Source: an uncultured Desulfatibacillum sp.
GTDB lineage: Bacteria; Desulfobacterota; Desulfobacteria; Desulfobacterales; SpSt-501
Direction of reading: 5' to 3'
Length of the DNA stretch: 64,000 nt
NCBI GenBank assembly: GCA_964570965.1
Contig: CAZNAX010000001.1
Coordinates: 41,469 to 105,468 of the forward strand
Shown: positions 9,151-17,781 of the stretch, piece after piece
Numbering within the stretch: position 1 is the first letter of the stretch
Layout of the letters: each line of letters begins with the position of its first letter
Notes under the pieces: generated by a model
Seen by the model: the letters and a program-made list of their open reading frames with translations, nothing else
Database searches by the model: none
What the model was told of the DNA's origin: nothing
Position numbers and translations under genes: made by a program

Positions 9151-9740
9151 TCAATTTTGCATCATTTAGTGACGAGCTGCAGAAGATTGCTGCTGAGCCT
9201 ATTGTGGCTGATCCGATCAATAAAGAAGAACTAGTACGTCACTATCAGCAACTCGGCCGTATAGGTGGTGGAGTGGGTGGTGCTGCTCTTGGTGGTGGCG
9301 GGCTTGGACTACTCGGATCTAGAATTGCTGGAATACCTGGTGCCGTAGTTGGTGGCACAGTTGGTGCACTTGGTGGCGGTTACCTTGGTGGGAAGTACGT
9401 TGGTAGAGCTGCCAAAGGAATAGCTATGGGAACGCCTGAAGATGTATTCCAGGCACGTGCAAATCTTGATCATGCGGAGGACTTGTACGAACGTGGAGAG
9501 TTGGGAGATAAGGATCGTCTGCGAGCCACATTGATCGCGTCCAACGCCGCCAGAAAGGCTCACGGAAGAAAACCTCTAGAGTCTGACTTTCTATCTCGTG
9601 ATCGACCAGGATCTTACGTAGTGGAAGGTAGAGATGTCGCGGTCAATCCTTATGGTATTTCTTACGCAGATCCATATGGATATAGACCGGGACCGGCACA
9701 AGTGACTTCTAGATATCGAAGAGTTCCTATGAGCGAGTAA
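9147..9740 (+). CDS. Glycine-zipper protein
   Basis: 197 aa with ATGA overlap. N-terminus FSDELQKIAAEP, then GGVGGAALGGGGLGLLGSRIAGIPGAVVGGTVGALGGGYLGG. Confidence 0.7.
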   Translation: MINFASFSDELQKIAAEPIVADPINKEELVRHYQQLGRIGGGVGGAALGGGGLGLLGSRIAGIPGAVVGGTVGALGGGYLGGKYVGRAAKGIAMGTPEDVFQARANLDHAEDLYERGELGDKDRLRATLIASNAARKAHGRKPLESDFLSRDRPGSYVVEGRDVAVNPYGISYADPYGYRPGPAQVTSRYRRVPMSE

Positions 9741-10153
9741 TGTACGATCTTGTATCCATAGCTGCCTTCCGCGATGAGATGACCAAACTGGCGCAGGAGT
9801 CTGCTCAGCGCATTGATCCGCAGGCTATTGAGCTGCAACAAGCTCTAGATCAGGAGCAGGGCCGGAGAACGATGAACCGGCAAGCTCTAGGGCAGTTCTT
9901 GAAGGACACTGCTATCGTTGCTGGTGGTGTTGGGGCTGGATATGGGCTAGGTCGGTTGTCAGTGGATGCTCTGACAAAGCTACGAGGGCCAGTATCAAGT
10001 CCATGGCGTCAAATGCTGTATGCAACATTTCCGGTAGTGGCAGGTGGTGCTGCTCTAGCTGTTCGTGGGAAGATGCGAGAAGAGCAAGATCGAAGGCTGG
10101 AAGAAGCATATCAGAGGGGTGTTCAGTCCGCAGGTAGTAGGGTGGGCAGGTGA
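9740..10153 (+). CDS. Small membrane protein (glycine-zipper family)
   Basis: 137 aa with TAATG overlap. N-terminus AAFRDEMTKLAQES. Hydrophobic AIVAGGVGAGYGLG and FPVVAGGAALAV. Confidence 0.65.
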   Translation: MYDLVSIAAFRDEMTKLAQESAQRIDPQAIELQQALDQEQGRRTMNRQALGQFLKDTAIVAGGVGAGYGLGRLSVDALTKLRGPVSSPWRQMLYATFPVVAGGAALAVRGKMREEQDRRLEEAYQRGVQSAGSRVGR

Positions 10154-10995
10154 GCGCAGTCATTCCGACCATAGCTCCAGAGACTCAAGGGAGTAGCTGG
10201 GCGGACAACCCGCTCGAGCACTTGATAAGGCTCTGTCTGATCTTTGCCCAAGAGCTGTGGAAGGAAGCGCCTACTGGTAACTTCAAGTGGGACCCCGACG
10301 ATGCTGTCTCTGAGATAGTGATCACGGATGACGCTCCCATCGAGCCTGATGTTATCGAGAAGAGGCCCGCCATCGTATCCGTCCGATCTCAGTGTGGATG
10401 GGCTGGTATCGGTCTAGATCAGCTCATGTCGTTGAGTATCAGAACTGGCGAGCGCGTTCACACAGATCTGATCTCCGGCAACATAACGCTGAACTGTCTC
10501 TCTAGGGTCAAGACAGAAGCCGAGTTGATCGCATGGGTGACTGCAAACCATTTCTGGGTTTTGAAGTACATCCTCATGAAGCTCGGGTTCCACAAGATCG
10601 GAGAACAGATCCAGGTTCTATCCGCCTCTCCTCCTGGAGCTATCGTCAGTGGAGACACTGAAGGCGAGATCATAAATGTCCCAGTAGTTATCCCGTTCCA
10701 CTTCCAGCACACTGTGAAGGTGAGCGAAGAGGGATTGCGGGTTCTGAACAAGATCGAACAGACCATAACAGTTCAGATGACGAATCCATTCAAACCAACT
10801 ACTCAACTCGAAGAAGGTGGTTGGGGAACCGGTCTGTACCAACAAGATGGTAAGCGGGCCGAGTTCCAGAACATGAAGGGCAACATTAGACCCCCAACGT
10901 TTAGGGGGCGATCACTGCAGCCGATGAACTACATTGGTGGAGGAAAGGCGGATCCGCCTATCCAAGTGGTAGTCAAGATCGACGACGAGGAGTAG
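10150..10995 (+). CDS. Hypothetical virion-module protein
   Basis: 281-aa ORF with a GTG start overlapping the upstream stop, directly upstream of the sheath candidate. Confidence 0.65.
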   Translation: MSAVIPTIAPETQGSSWADNPLEHLIRLCLIFAQELWKEAPTGNFKWDPDDAVSEIVITDDAPIEPDVIEKRPAIVSVRSQCGWAGIGLDQLMSLSIRTGERVHTDLISGNITLNCLSRVKTEAELIAWVTANHFWVLKYILMKLGFHKIGEQIQVLSASPPGAIVSGDTEGEIINVPVVIPFHFQHTVKVSEEGLRVLNKIEQTITVQMTNPFKPTTQLEEGGWGTGLYQQDGKRAEFQNMKGNIRPPTFRGRSLQPMNYIGGGKADPPIQVVVKIDDEE

Positions 10996-11000
10996 AGAAC

Positions 11001-14000
11001 ATGGCACAAGCAATCCCCGAACTTCCGCAGCCTGGTGTGCAGGTCGTCCAGGAGTACACGGATCAGACCCCTGTTATCGTGATCCCGACGCTGGTTCCGT
11101 GCGTGGTCGGGGTAGCGAAGGAGATCCGCGAGCTCTACAACTCGGACGGCACTCTCAACACAGATATCATTGTGGATGGTCCAGCACTTGCTGTGGCCCC
11201 CAACGATCAGACTAGCTACACGGTAATGGACGCGCTCACGCTCCAGCTTCGGGTCAATGGCGGGGTTCTCCAGACCTTTACCATGCCCACTGGTGCTACG
11301 CCGCCAACTACCATGACGGCACAAGAGGTGGCTATCGCCATCAACGGTGCAGCGCCTCCTCCGATCAACTTCGCAGCCTATGTGCTAGCGGAAGACTCGG
11401 ATGGCGATGGTGTGGACGACAAGTGGTACCTCGAGCTCCGCTCCACCGCCACCGGAGAAGACACTTCCATCCAGATCGTTGGTGGGACTGCTATCACCAA
11501 GTTCGGTTGGGGTGAGGGGCAGACCTTCTACGGGCTTGGTGCCTACATCCAAGATAGCGTGTACCTGAAGCAGTCCAGCTTCCCGGATCCCAGAGGCAAC
11601 CTCGATGAGCTGAACATCGATGAGGACTCGATCCGAGTGTTCGTGGACCTCGGTACTGCTCCAAGGGAATTCCTGCGAACAGAGTCGTTCCTTCGGCTGG
11701 GGAGCTACTACAACGTAGTTGGACCAGTGTACGGTGTTACACCAGTTGATGATGGGGATGGAGACACTCTGACCCCGTACGTCGACTTCAAGAGCACTGG
11801 AGCATCGATCCCAAACTTCCAAGCTCTTGCTACTTCAGCCGCACTGACTGGCATTGTCGATCTATCGACATTCCAGCCTCTGCATGGCAAGGAGCTGATC
11901 CTCCAAATTGACGGTGGTGGAAAGCAGACCATCAAGTTCTACGGTCAACCGATCGTGTCCACCGACTCAACGGCTGGTGGTGGTTGGGACTTCACTGCCC
12001 CAGCTGGTGCGATCAATGGGCAGACGTTGAACCTTCTGGTCAACGGTGTGTCGCTTGTTGTGACGTTCGTTGCAGCTGCGTCCATAGCGGATGTCGTAAC
12101 TCAGATCAATGCGGTTTCAGTGGCTACCTTCGGCGTCAACATCGCCTATCGGTGCAATGCCGCTGGTGATTCAGCTCCTGCTGGTGTGTACGTGGGATTG
12201 TTCTATGGCGCCCAACCGGCTGTGAACATCGTCGCCAACACCGAGGTGCAGGTAGCTGCCAACGTTTCTACGGCCCACACCGAGATCATTGGTGATGCTC
12301 TAGCCCATACTCAGTTGCTCGGCAAGAATGCTGGAGCGGAGCCGGTAGATGATGTTGTCGAACAGATCAACAACGTCTACCCATCTGGTGTTGCTTCGTG
12401 GAGCACCAACTTTCTCAAGCTGCAGAGCCTGACCTCTGGGTACGAATCGAAGATCGAGATCGATTCAAACAGCACGTCGCTTGGATCACCGCAACCTACC
12501 CCAACCACCAATCTTGGTATCAATGTTGGTCTCAACGGCTACACCTACCATGGAAATCCGTTCCCAGTTCGTGTAGGGGATGCCATCTACGGTGATGGCG
12601 CCTACCTCGGCAACGTCAGTGAGATTCATCCCATGGCAACTCAGGGACGGATCAAGCTGGATCGAGAAGTAGCTGTTTCTGGAAGGTGGCAGTACTGGTA
12701 CTTCCTCGCTAAGAACCTGGATACCGTACTGAGCAGCCAGTGGGGCGTGACCGTTCCAACTCCGGACATCTACCTGGATACGCAGGGTAATGTGCACCTC
12801 AAGCACGACTTCTTGAGGGACATCTACGGACAACCTGTTTCGACAGCGGTAGTCATGCTCTACGTGATGTATACCGCTGTTCGACTGGATGTCACGGCAG
12901 CCTCTGCAGATCCAGCACTCTTGACGTTCAACAACATCAACGAGCTCGAGGCCGCGATGAGTCCGGTCACTCCGGAGAATCCGCTGGCCTACGGTGTCTT
13001 CTGTGCCCTTGGCAACTCGAATGGTGTGTCGGTCTCCTGCATCGGTGTGAGCGAGACCTTGGCCGACAAACCGTACGGAACGTTGGCAGCATTCCAGGAG
13101 GCGTTTGACTTCCTGCAGAGTTCGGAAGTGTACGGCATCGCCACCCTCACCAGCGATCTCGACATCGCCATGGCGGCTCAGCAGCATGTCAATACTATGA
13201 GCGAGCCGACCATGAAGGGTGAGCGTGTTGCAGTCGTTCACCTAGGCCGGCCGACTCGGAAGGTTGATACCATCGTTGCTTCTGGCAATGATGGTGACAC
13301 GATCGTCGGCACGCCAACCTATCTCGATACTGGCGTTCCGAATCTGTCACAGTTGCTCCTGGATGCTGGTCTCAATCCAGCAACCTTTGGGATCACGGAC
13401 GGTGTATTCCTCGATCTATCGGCTGATAGCTACAACTGGAACGTGATCGGACCGGTAGTTGGCGGTACGAGACTTCGGGTCAACACTATCTTCGCTCCGG
13501 GGCAGAATGACGATGGCTTCTACCACGATACCATTGGAGACTTCCCGACTCTGATCAGTGGTAGCTTCTCGGTGAAGATCAGAGGAGCTGCTGTTGCTTC
13601 CAAGGACGAGGAAGTAGAGACCGTCTATGCGCGAGGTCAGGGATTCAGCGATAGGCGCGTATGGATGATGCAGCTCGATCAGCTCAAAGCGACCATTGAT
13701 GGTATCGAGCAGCTGGTGCCTGGGTTCTACATGAACGCGGCCAAGGTTGGTATGGTTGGTGGGCAGCAGCCCTCTCAGCCCTTCACCAATCTTCCGATCG
13801 CAGTGTTCACCGGAGTCACTGGGACCAATGATAGGTACAACACCACGCAGCTCAATCAGATGGCTGCAGGTGGTGCTGACCTTACTGTGCAAGAGAACAA
13901 GAACGGTCCAATCTGGTCGCGCATGCAGGTCACCACCAAGCTGACGACCATCGAACAACGAGAGCAGTCGATCGTGAGAGCGGTTGACTACTGCGCGAAG

Positions 14001-14243
14001 TTCTACCGAATGAGCCTCAAGGTCTACATCGGTAGATACAACATCACGCAAGGATTCCTCGACACTCTCAGCACAGTGGCCCAAGGCCTGGGGCGATGGC
14101 TAGAGGAAGAGGGAAAAGTAGTGTCGGGTGCAGAGCTGAACAATCTGATCCAGGATGAGAACAATCCTGATACCGTTCTCGTTCAGGTCAGTATTGATCC
14201 ACTATACCCGTGCAACTATATTGTGATCACGATCATTGTCTGA
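11001..14243 (+). CDS. Contractile tail sheath protein candidate (unusually large)
   Basis: 1080 aa with RBS GAGGAG. The C-terminal about 200 aa (REQSIVRAVDYCAKFYRMSLKVYIGRYNITQGFLDTLSTVAQGLGRWLEEEGKVVSGAELNNLIQDENNPDTVLVQVSIDPLYPCNYIVITIIV) follow the pattern I associate with sheath C-terminal domains. A tube-sized gene comes next. Confidence 0.55.
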   Translation: MAQAIPELPQPGVQVVQEYTDQTPVIVIPTLVPCVVGVAKEIRELYNSDGTLNTDIIVDGPALAVAPNDQTSYTVMDALTLQLRVNGGVLQTFTMPTGATPPTTMTAQEVAIAINGAAPPPINFAAYVLAEDSDGDGVDDKWYLELRSTATGEDTSIQIVGGTAITKFGWGEGQTFYGLGAYIQDSVYLKQSSFPDPRGNLDELNIDEDSIRVFVDLGTAPREFLRTESFLRLGSYYNVVGPVYGVTPVDDGDGDTLTPYVDFKSTGASIPNFQALATSAALTGIVDLSTFQPLHGKELILQIDGGGKQTIKFYGQPIVSTDSTAGGGWDFTAPAGAINGQTLNLLVNGVSLVVTFVAAASIADVVTQINAVSVATFGVNIAYRCNAAGDSAPAGVYVGLFYGAQPAVNIVANTEVQVAANVSTAHTEIIGDALAHTQLLGKNAGAEPVDDVVEQINNVYPSGVASWSTNFLKLQSLTSGYESKIEIDSNSTSLGSPQPTPTTNLGINVGLNGYTYHGNPFPVRVGDAIYGDGAYLGNVSEIHPMATQGRIKLDREVAVSGRWQYWYFLAKNLDTVLSSQWGVTVPTPDIYLDTQGNVHLKHDFLRDIYGQPVSTAVVMLYVMYTAVRLDVTAASADPALLTFNNINELEAAMSPVTPENPLAYGVFCALGNSNGVSVSCIGVSETLADKPYGTLAAFQEAFDFLQSSEVYGIATLTSDLDIAMAAQQHVNTMSEPTMKGERVAVVHLGRPTRKVDTIVASGNDGDTIVGTPTYLDTGVPNLSQLLLDAGLNPATFGITDGVFLDLSADSYNWNVIGPVVGGTRLRVNTIFAPGQNDDGFYHDTIGDFPTLISGSFSVKIRGAAVASKDEEVETVYARGQGFSDRRVWMMQLDQLKATIDGIEQLVPGFYMNAAKVGMVGGQQPSQPFTNLPIAVFTGVTGTNDRYNTTQLNQMAAGGADLTVQENKNGPIWSRMQVTTKLTTIEQREQSIVRAVDYCAKFYRMSLKVYIGRYNITQGFLDTLSTVAQGLGRWLEEEGKVVSGAELNNLIQDENNPDTVLVQVSIDPLYPCNYIVITIIV

Positions 14244-14268
14244 TCTAGGTCAGTTGTAGGAGGACAAA

Positions 14269-15021
14269 ATGCCAGGTCCCTTCTCAGGTTGGAATCCCCT
14301 CAACCACTATGTCCAGAATGGCATGGTTGACGGGAAGTTTGTTTCGGGCGGCCTTACTCTCATCGCTGCTGGTCCTCCCCGGCTATCACAGCTTGGGACA
14401 GGAGCTGGCGGGATGTCCATGGCCGCTTCCGCTCGTGATAGCGACATTGTCTATCCGATCGGTGTGACCCAGAACATCAATCACTCTCAGAACAAGACCT
14501 TCATGCGTATCTGGGAGCTTGGCTCAGAGAGATCATACTTCATCGGCGGCAGAACAGTGGGGCAGCTCGCTCTTTCGAGAGTGTACTATCACGGTGCATC
14601 TCTCCTGCGTGTGTTGTACGCATACTACCAGGACATGCTGCCTGGACCGGTTCAGGTACCTTGGATGTTCCCCAATCAGGGAGCATACAACATGGTAAAC
14701 CAGCACGACGTGATCGTGCCTCCTGGATACGAGAACCTCTTTCTCAACCTGGCGTCTGATCTGTTCAATCAACCCATTGGTCTCTTGGTCTACATGAGAG
14801 ACTCGAATCTCAATACGATAGGTGCTGTATACCTCGAGGCGTGCTACGCTCCGAATCACACTTGGGCAACAGACGCTCAAGGAACCATCGTTCAGGAGAC
14901 GGTGGCGATCCAGTACGAGCGAGTGATCCCGGTCAACGTAGCAGCTGTGTCGCTGGTCACTGGACTATCAGAAGCTGTTTCCGGTATCTCTAGCGGAGCG
15001 ATGCCGTCTATCGCAGCGTAG
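14269..15021 (+). CDS. Tail tube protein candidate
   Basis: 250 aa with RBS AGGAGG, immediately downstream of the sheath candidate. The call rests mainly on synteny. Confidence 0.4.
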   Translation: MPGPFSGWNPLNHYVQNGMVDGKFVSGGLTLIAAGPPRLSQLGTGAGGMSMAASARDSDIVYPIGVTQNINHSQNKTFMRIWELGSERSYFIGGRTVGQLALSRVYYHGASLLRVLYAYYQDMLPGPVQVPWMFPNQGAYNMVNQHDVIVPPGYENLFLNLASDLFNQPIGLLVYMRDSNLNTIGAVYLEACYAPNHTWATDAQGTIVQETVAIQYERVIPVNVAAVSLVTGLSEAVSGISSGAMPSIAA

Positions 15022-15033
15022 GAAGGTTGACCT

Positions 15034-16197
15034 ATGGCAGTGTACTCTACCAGAGCTGAGTGGCTCGAAGCACAGTCTCGAGATCACTTCCACAAGTTGG
15101 GATCGTTGACGATCAAGACGACTGATGCCCACTTCATGGGCAAGGTAGCAGCTCATGAGTTCAGCCCAGAGATCACAAAGACTGCCAGCTTCAATGCCAT
15201 TCTTCTGGACATCATAGAGCGCAGCAAGCCAAATGGACTGATCAAATCGGCAGCTCTGCACGCAACTCTCAACGATGAGGGCATCTTGAAAGTTGCTTCG
15301 GAGGATAGCTACTGGACCGGCGCACAGGCAGTACATCACCTTGATTTCCTTTCAGGTGTCTACGATATCAATCCGGATATGGCCTGGCGTTTTGCTGCGA
15401 ATGCGGGGCTTGCCAAGGAAGCAGGCATTGGAAACTTCGTTGGTGCTGCAGGCCGACTTTTGGGCAGAGGAGCTAAAGCTGGCGGAGGAGCACTACAAGC
15501 TGGAAGGCAGGCAGTAGGTCGAACAGCTAGTGGTGTGTCAAATTGGTGGAAAGGGACTGGTACCAAGTTCCTAGGTGATACAAGCCATTTGGGAACCAAG
15601 CCGTTGGGCCAAGCCTGGTCGCCGCTACCAGCGGGACAGCATGCGATCAATCCGAATACTCTAGCAAGCAATCTTGCGAACAAGAATCCGTTTCAGCGGG
15701 CTGCTCAGCGAGTTAGCAATTGGTGGTCAGGTTCAGTTCACGGAACAGCTGGAATGCAGGGTCCTGGAATCAATCCATTGCGTAGAGCGGGTCAGAATAT
15801 TGCCTATCAAGCCGAGCGTGGTTTTGAAGCAGGAAAGGCCGGAGCCCCCATTCTTCAGCGAGCTCCTAAGCCCGCAGCTGCAGCTGCAGAGCACGCCGCT
15901 CCAGCAGCTAGTCAGGGAGCAGGTGCAGCAGGCCATGCAGTGCCGGCCGCTCCTGAAGCAGCTGCGGGAGCTGCCGGTCAAGTAGCACCAAGACAAAGTG
16001 CTGGAAGAGAAGCCTGGGAGACCACCAAGGCAATTGGCCGGGGAGCACGTAACCTGGGCTATGCAGGTATCATAGGCGGAACTGTTCTTGGAGCAGCTGG
16101 ACTATCAGCAGCAGGCAATCTAGTTCGTCCCAACCCCTCACCATACCAGTATGGAATGGGCGGCCCAACTCCCTGGATGTCCCCACAGCAGATGTAG
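15034..16197 (+). CDS. Gly/Ala-rich protein with C-terminal glycine-zipper TM
   Basis: 387 aa with RBS AGGAAGG. Ala/Pro/Gly-rich centre and C-terminal GYAGIIGGTVLGAAGLSAAG. Confidence 0.65.
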   Translation: MAVYSTRAEWLEAQSRDHFHKLGSLTIKTTDAHFMGKVAAHEFSPEITKTASFNAILLDIIERSKPNGLIKSAALHATLNDEGILKVASEDSYWTGAQAVHHLDFLSGVYDINPDMAWRFAANAGLAKEAGIGNFVGAAGRLLGRGAKAGGGALQAGRQAVGRTASGVSNWWKGTGTKFLGDTSHLGTKPLGQAWSPLPAGQHAINPNTLASNLANKNPFQRAAQRVSNWWSGSVHGTAGMQGPGINPLRRAGQNIAYQAERGFEAGKAGAPILQRAPKPAAAAAEHAAPAASQGAGAAGHAVPAAPEAAAGAAGQVAPRQSAGREAWETTKAIGRGARNLGYAGIIGGTVLGAAGLSAAGNLVRPNPSPYQYGMGGPTPWMSPQQM

Positions 16198-16232
16198 AGC
16201 TAAGACAAAGAGCCACGGGTTTCCGTGACTCT
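16196..16232 (-). terminator. Hairpin + CTTAGCT module ending the minus-strand block
   Basis: AGAGCCACGG (16209-16218) pairs with CCGTGACTCT (16223-16232) with one mismatch. On the minus strand it is followed by TTGTCTTAGCT, the motif seen after other minus-strand hairpins. Confidence 0.5.
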
Positions 16233-16256
16233 TCGTCTCGTTGGAGTGGGGGAAGG

Positions 16257-16514
16257 CTACGCGCGTACGATCTTGCGTCCGATCTTGCGTTCCTTTGTCA
16301 GAGCATCCACTAGTCGCTGCTTCTTCAGCGGGGTCGCGTTGGGGGTGGGCGGCTCGACCACGATGGTCAGCACGCCGTCCTTGGTCAACGAGGAGAGGTG
16401 GTCGATGAGTTTGTCCACTCCGTCGGCCATTTGGCGGTGGATGCTCATGTACGCCTTTGCCACGTTGTTGAGAGCGTCCAACTCGGCCTTAGAAAACTCG
16501 AAACTGATGCGCAT
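16257..16514 (-). CDS. Hypothetical small protein
   Basis: 85-aa ORF (MRISFEFSKAELDALNNVAKAY...) with a GGAG-type RBS (AAGGAGTCACCAATG on the minus strand), bracketed by promoter and terminator modules. Confidence 0.65.
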   Translation of the reverse strand: MRISFEFSKAELDALNNVAKAYMSIHRQMADGVDKLIDHLSSLTKDGVLTIVVEPPTPNATPLKKQRLVDALTKERKIGRKIVRA

Positions 16515-16566
16515 TGGTGACTCCTTTCTTTTTCAAGGGAGAACTAGGTTCTCCGTCACCATAATA

Positions 16567-16595
16567 CTTATCCCATCTTATATGATCAGATTTTC
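16567..16595 (-). promoter_or_regulatory. Phage promoter candidate, class GAAAwT-N16/17-kATAAG
   Basis: Minus strand reads GAAAAT (16595-16590), 17 nt, GATAAG (16572-16567). It lies 53 nt upstream of ATG 16514 and is one of about 10 copies of this arrangement. Confidence 0.5.
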
Positions 16596-16601
16596 GCTTT
16601 T

Positions 16602-16630
16602 AGAGCTAAGAAGAGCGCCCGAGAGGGCGT
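16602..16630 (-). terminator. Weak hairpin + TCTTCTTAGCT module
   Basis: GCGCCC (16615-16620) pairs with GGGCGT (16625-16630). The minus-strand hairpin is followed by TCTTCTTAGCT, downstream of the stop of gene 16648..16848. Confidence 0.4.
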
Positions 16631-16647
16631 CTTCCGGAGGTGCTCGG

Positions 16648-16848
16648 CTAGTTGGCCGAGTTCACCTCCTTCATCAGGTCCTTGCTCACCAGGTTGGCCA
16701 GTGCGATGAGAGAATTGATCGTATCCGCTGCGTCTTGCCACTCGGAATCCGTTGGAGTTGAGTGGACCACCAACTTCTTTACGATCGTCTGAAGTTTCGC
16801 AACAGCCTGGAGCGACGTCTTGATCGTCTCTTCTTCTACTCGTGTCAT
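16648..16848 (-). CDS. Hypothetical small protein
   Basis: 66-aa ORF (MTRVEEETIKTSLQAVAKLQ...) with RBS AAGGAGGTCACCAAAATG on the minus strand and its own promoter and terminator modules. Confidence 0.65.
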   Translation of the reverse strand: MTRVEEETIKTSLQAVAKLQTIVKKLVVHSTPTDSEWQDAADTINSLIALANLVSKDLMKEVNSAN

Positions 16849-16902
16849 TTTGGTGACCTCCTTCTTTTTCGGGGGAGCATAATTGCTCCGATCACCAAGA
16901 TA

Positions 16903-16930
16903 CTTATCCCATCTGTATGATCAGAATTTC
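16903..16930 (-). promoter_or_regulatory. Phage promoter candidate, class GAAAwT-N16/17-kATAAG
   Basis: Minus strand reads GAAATT (16930-16925), 16 nt, GATAAG (16908-16903). It is near-identical to the 16567-16595 copy (shared ACTTATCCCATCTkTATGATCAGA). Confidence 0.5.
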
Positions 16931-16939
16931 ACTTTTGGA

Positions 16940-16990
16940 GCTAAAAAATGAGGGTGCAACAGAGTCCCGCTGCACTGTTGCATGACCCTC
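16940..16990 (-). terminator. Intrinsic terminator (minus strand)
   Basis: GAGGG-TGCAACAG (16950-16962) pairs with CTGTTGCA-tga-CCCTC (16975-16990). On the minus strand it is followed by CATTTTTTAGCT. Confidence 0.7.
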
Positions 16991-16998
16991 TCAGAATA

Positions 16999-17026
16999 CT
17001 TATCCCATGATTAGGCTAGGATTTTT
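16999..17026 (-). promoter_or_regulatory. Degenerate third copy of the GATAAG promoter module
   Basis: Minus strand reads AAAAAT, 16 nt, GATAAG (CTTATC at 16999-17004). It overlaps the 3' end of gene 17016..17558 and points straight into the 16940-16990 hairpin. Confidence 0.3.
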
Positions 17027-17558
17027 TCTCCCACCACTTATCAAGACTGATGGTTCCAGGTATGGGAGACATGTCTACAAACGATCCAGGCATCTGATGG
17101 CGGGGTTCTTCTAGTCGATCTGGGAACAGTTCCTCTAGCTCATCGTCATCGCTCTGTGCTGGTAGCTGAGGAGCTTTCTGCTTTGGTGCTCGAGCTCCAC
17201 CGGTTCTCATGTGCTCGAGGGCTATGTCTGCTATGGCCTGTGGTGGTAGATCCTTGCTCAGGACGCCGAAGAACTTCTCCAGCTCCTCGGCCTCCCACAA
17301 CTCAGGCTCATTGAGAGCGGAGATGGCAAACTCTTCTGGGGTAGTGCCATAGGTCTCCAGCAACTCATCTAGTGCTGGATCAGAAGAGGAGGGCTGCCGG
17401 GGCTCCTCCTCCGTCGAGGATAGAGACGGAGTGATGGGTGTGAGGAACCCCGGCAGCGTAGACGGATCACATGGTTTGATATACTCCTGGATACGAGCCA
17501 GGTCGTCAAGAGGTGCTGCTGCTGAAGTCCAGAAGCTATTCAGTATCGGTGTCTTCAT
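17016..17558 (-). CDS. Acidic hypothetical protein
   Basis: ORF 17016..17606, with the start at ATG 17558 (MKTPILNSFW) preferred to limit overlap with the upstream gene. Acidic and Pro-rich (DDDELEELFPDRLEE). Start is uncertain. Confidence 0.55.
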   Translation of the reverse strand: MKTPILNSFWTSAAAPLDDLARIQEYIKPCDPSTLPGFLTPITPSLSSTEEEPRQPSSSDPALDELLETYGTTPEEFAISALNEPELWEAEELEKFFGVLSKDLPPQAIADIALEHMRTGGARAPKQKAPQLPAQSDDDELEELFPDRLEEPRHQMPGSFVDMSPIPGTISLDKWWEKKS

Positions 17559-17781
17559 CTTTGTCCAGATCAGCAATGTTCTGGTACATCCACCATCGAG
17601 CATCACTGTCCTCAGATGCTACCACCTGAAGACGCAATCGGTGCGCTTCGATCAGTACTTTGACTACCTCACTGGCGCTCAGCTTTATTCCGTAGTCCTG
17701 TCGAAGTCGCAGCTGTTCTTGAAGTAGCAGCTGTTCTTGTTCCGGTGTGAACTGCCACTGTACTATCGTCTTCTTTTTCAT
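17536..17781 (-). CDS. Hypothetical small protein
   Basis: ATG 17781 (MKKKTIVQWQFTPEQEQLLLQEQLRLRQ...). It overlaps the tail of ORF 17669..17899 in another frame. Confidence 0.5.
   Translation of the reverse strand: MKKKTIVQWQFTPEQEQLLLQEQLRLRQDYGIKLSASEVVKVLIEAHRLRLQVVASEDSDARWWMYQNIADLDKDEDTDTE

Noticed and set aside
12486-14084. 251-aa and 222-aa minus-strand ORFs inside the sheath candidate
   Set aside because: Both lie entirely within a 1080-aa plus-strand gene that has good start signals, and they have no signals of their own.
16225-16761. 178-aa plus-strand ORF across the 16.2-16.8 kb cassettes
   Set aside because: It is antisense to two well-supported minus-strand genes and runs through their promoter and terminator modules. 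There is no RBS.
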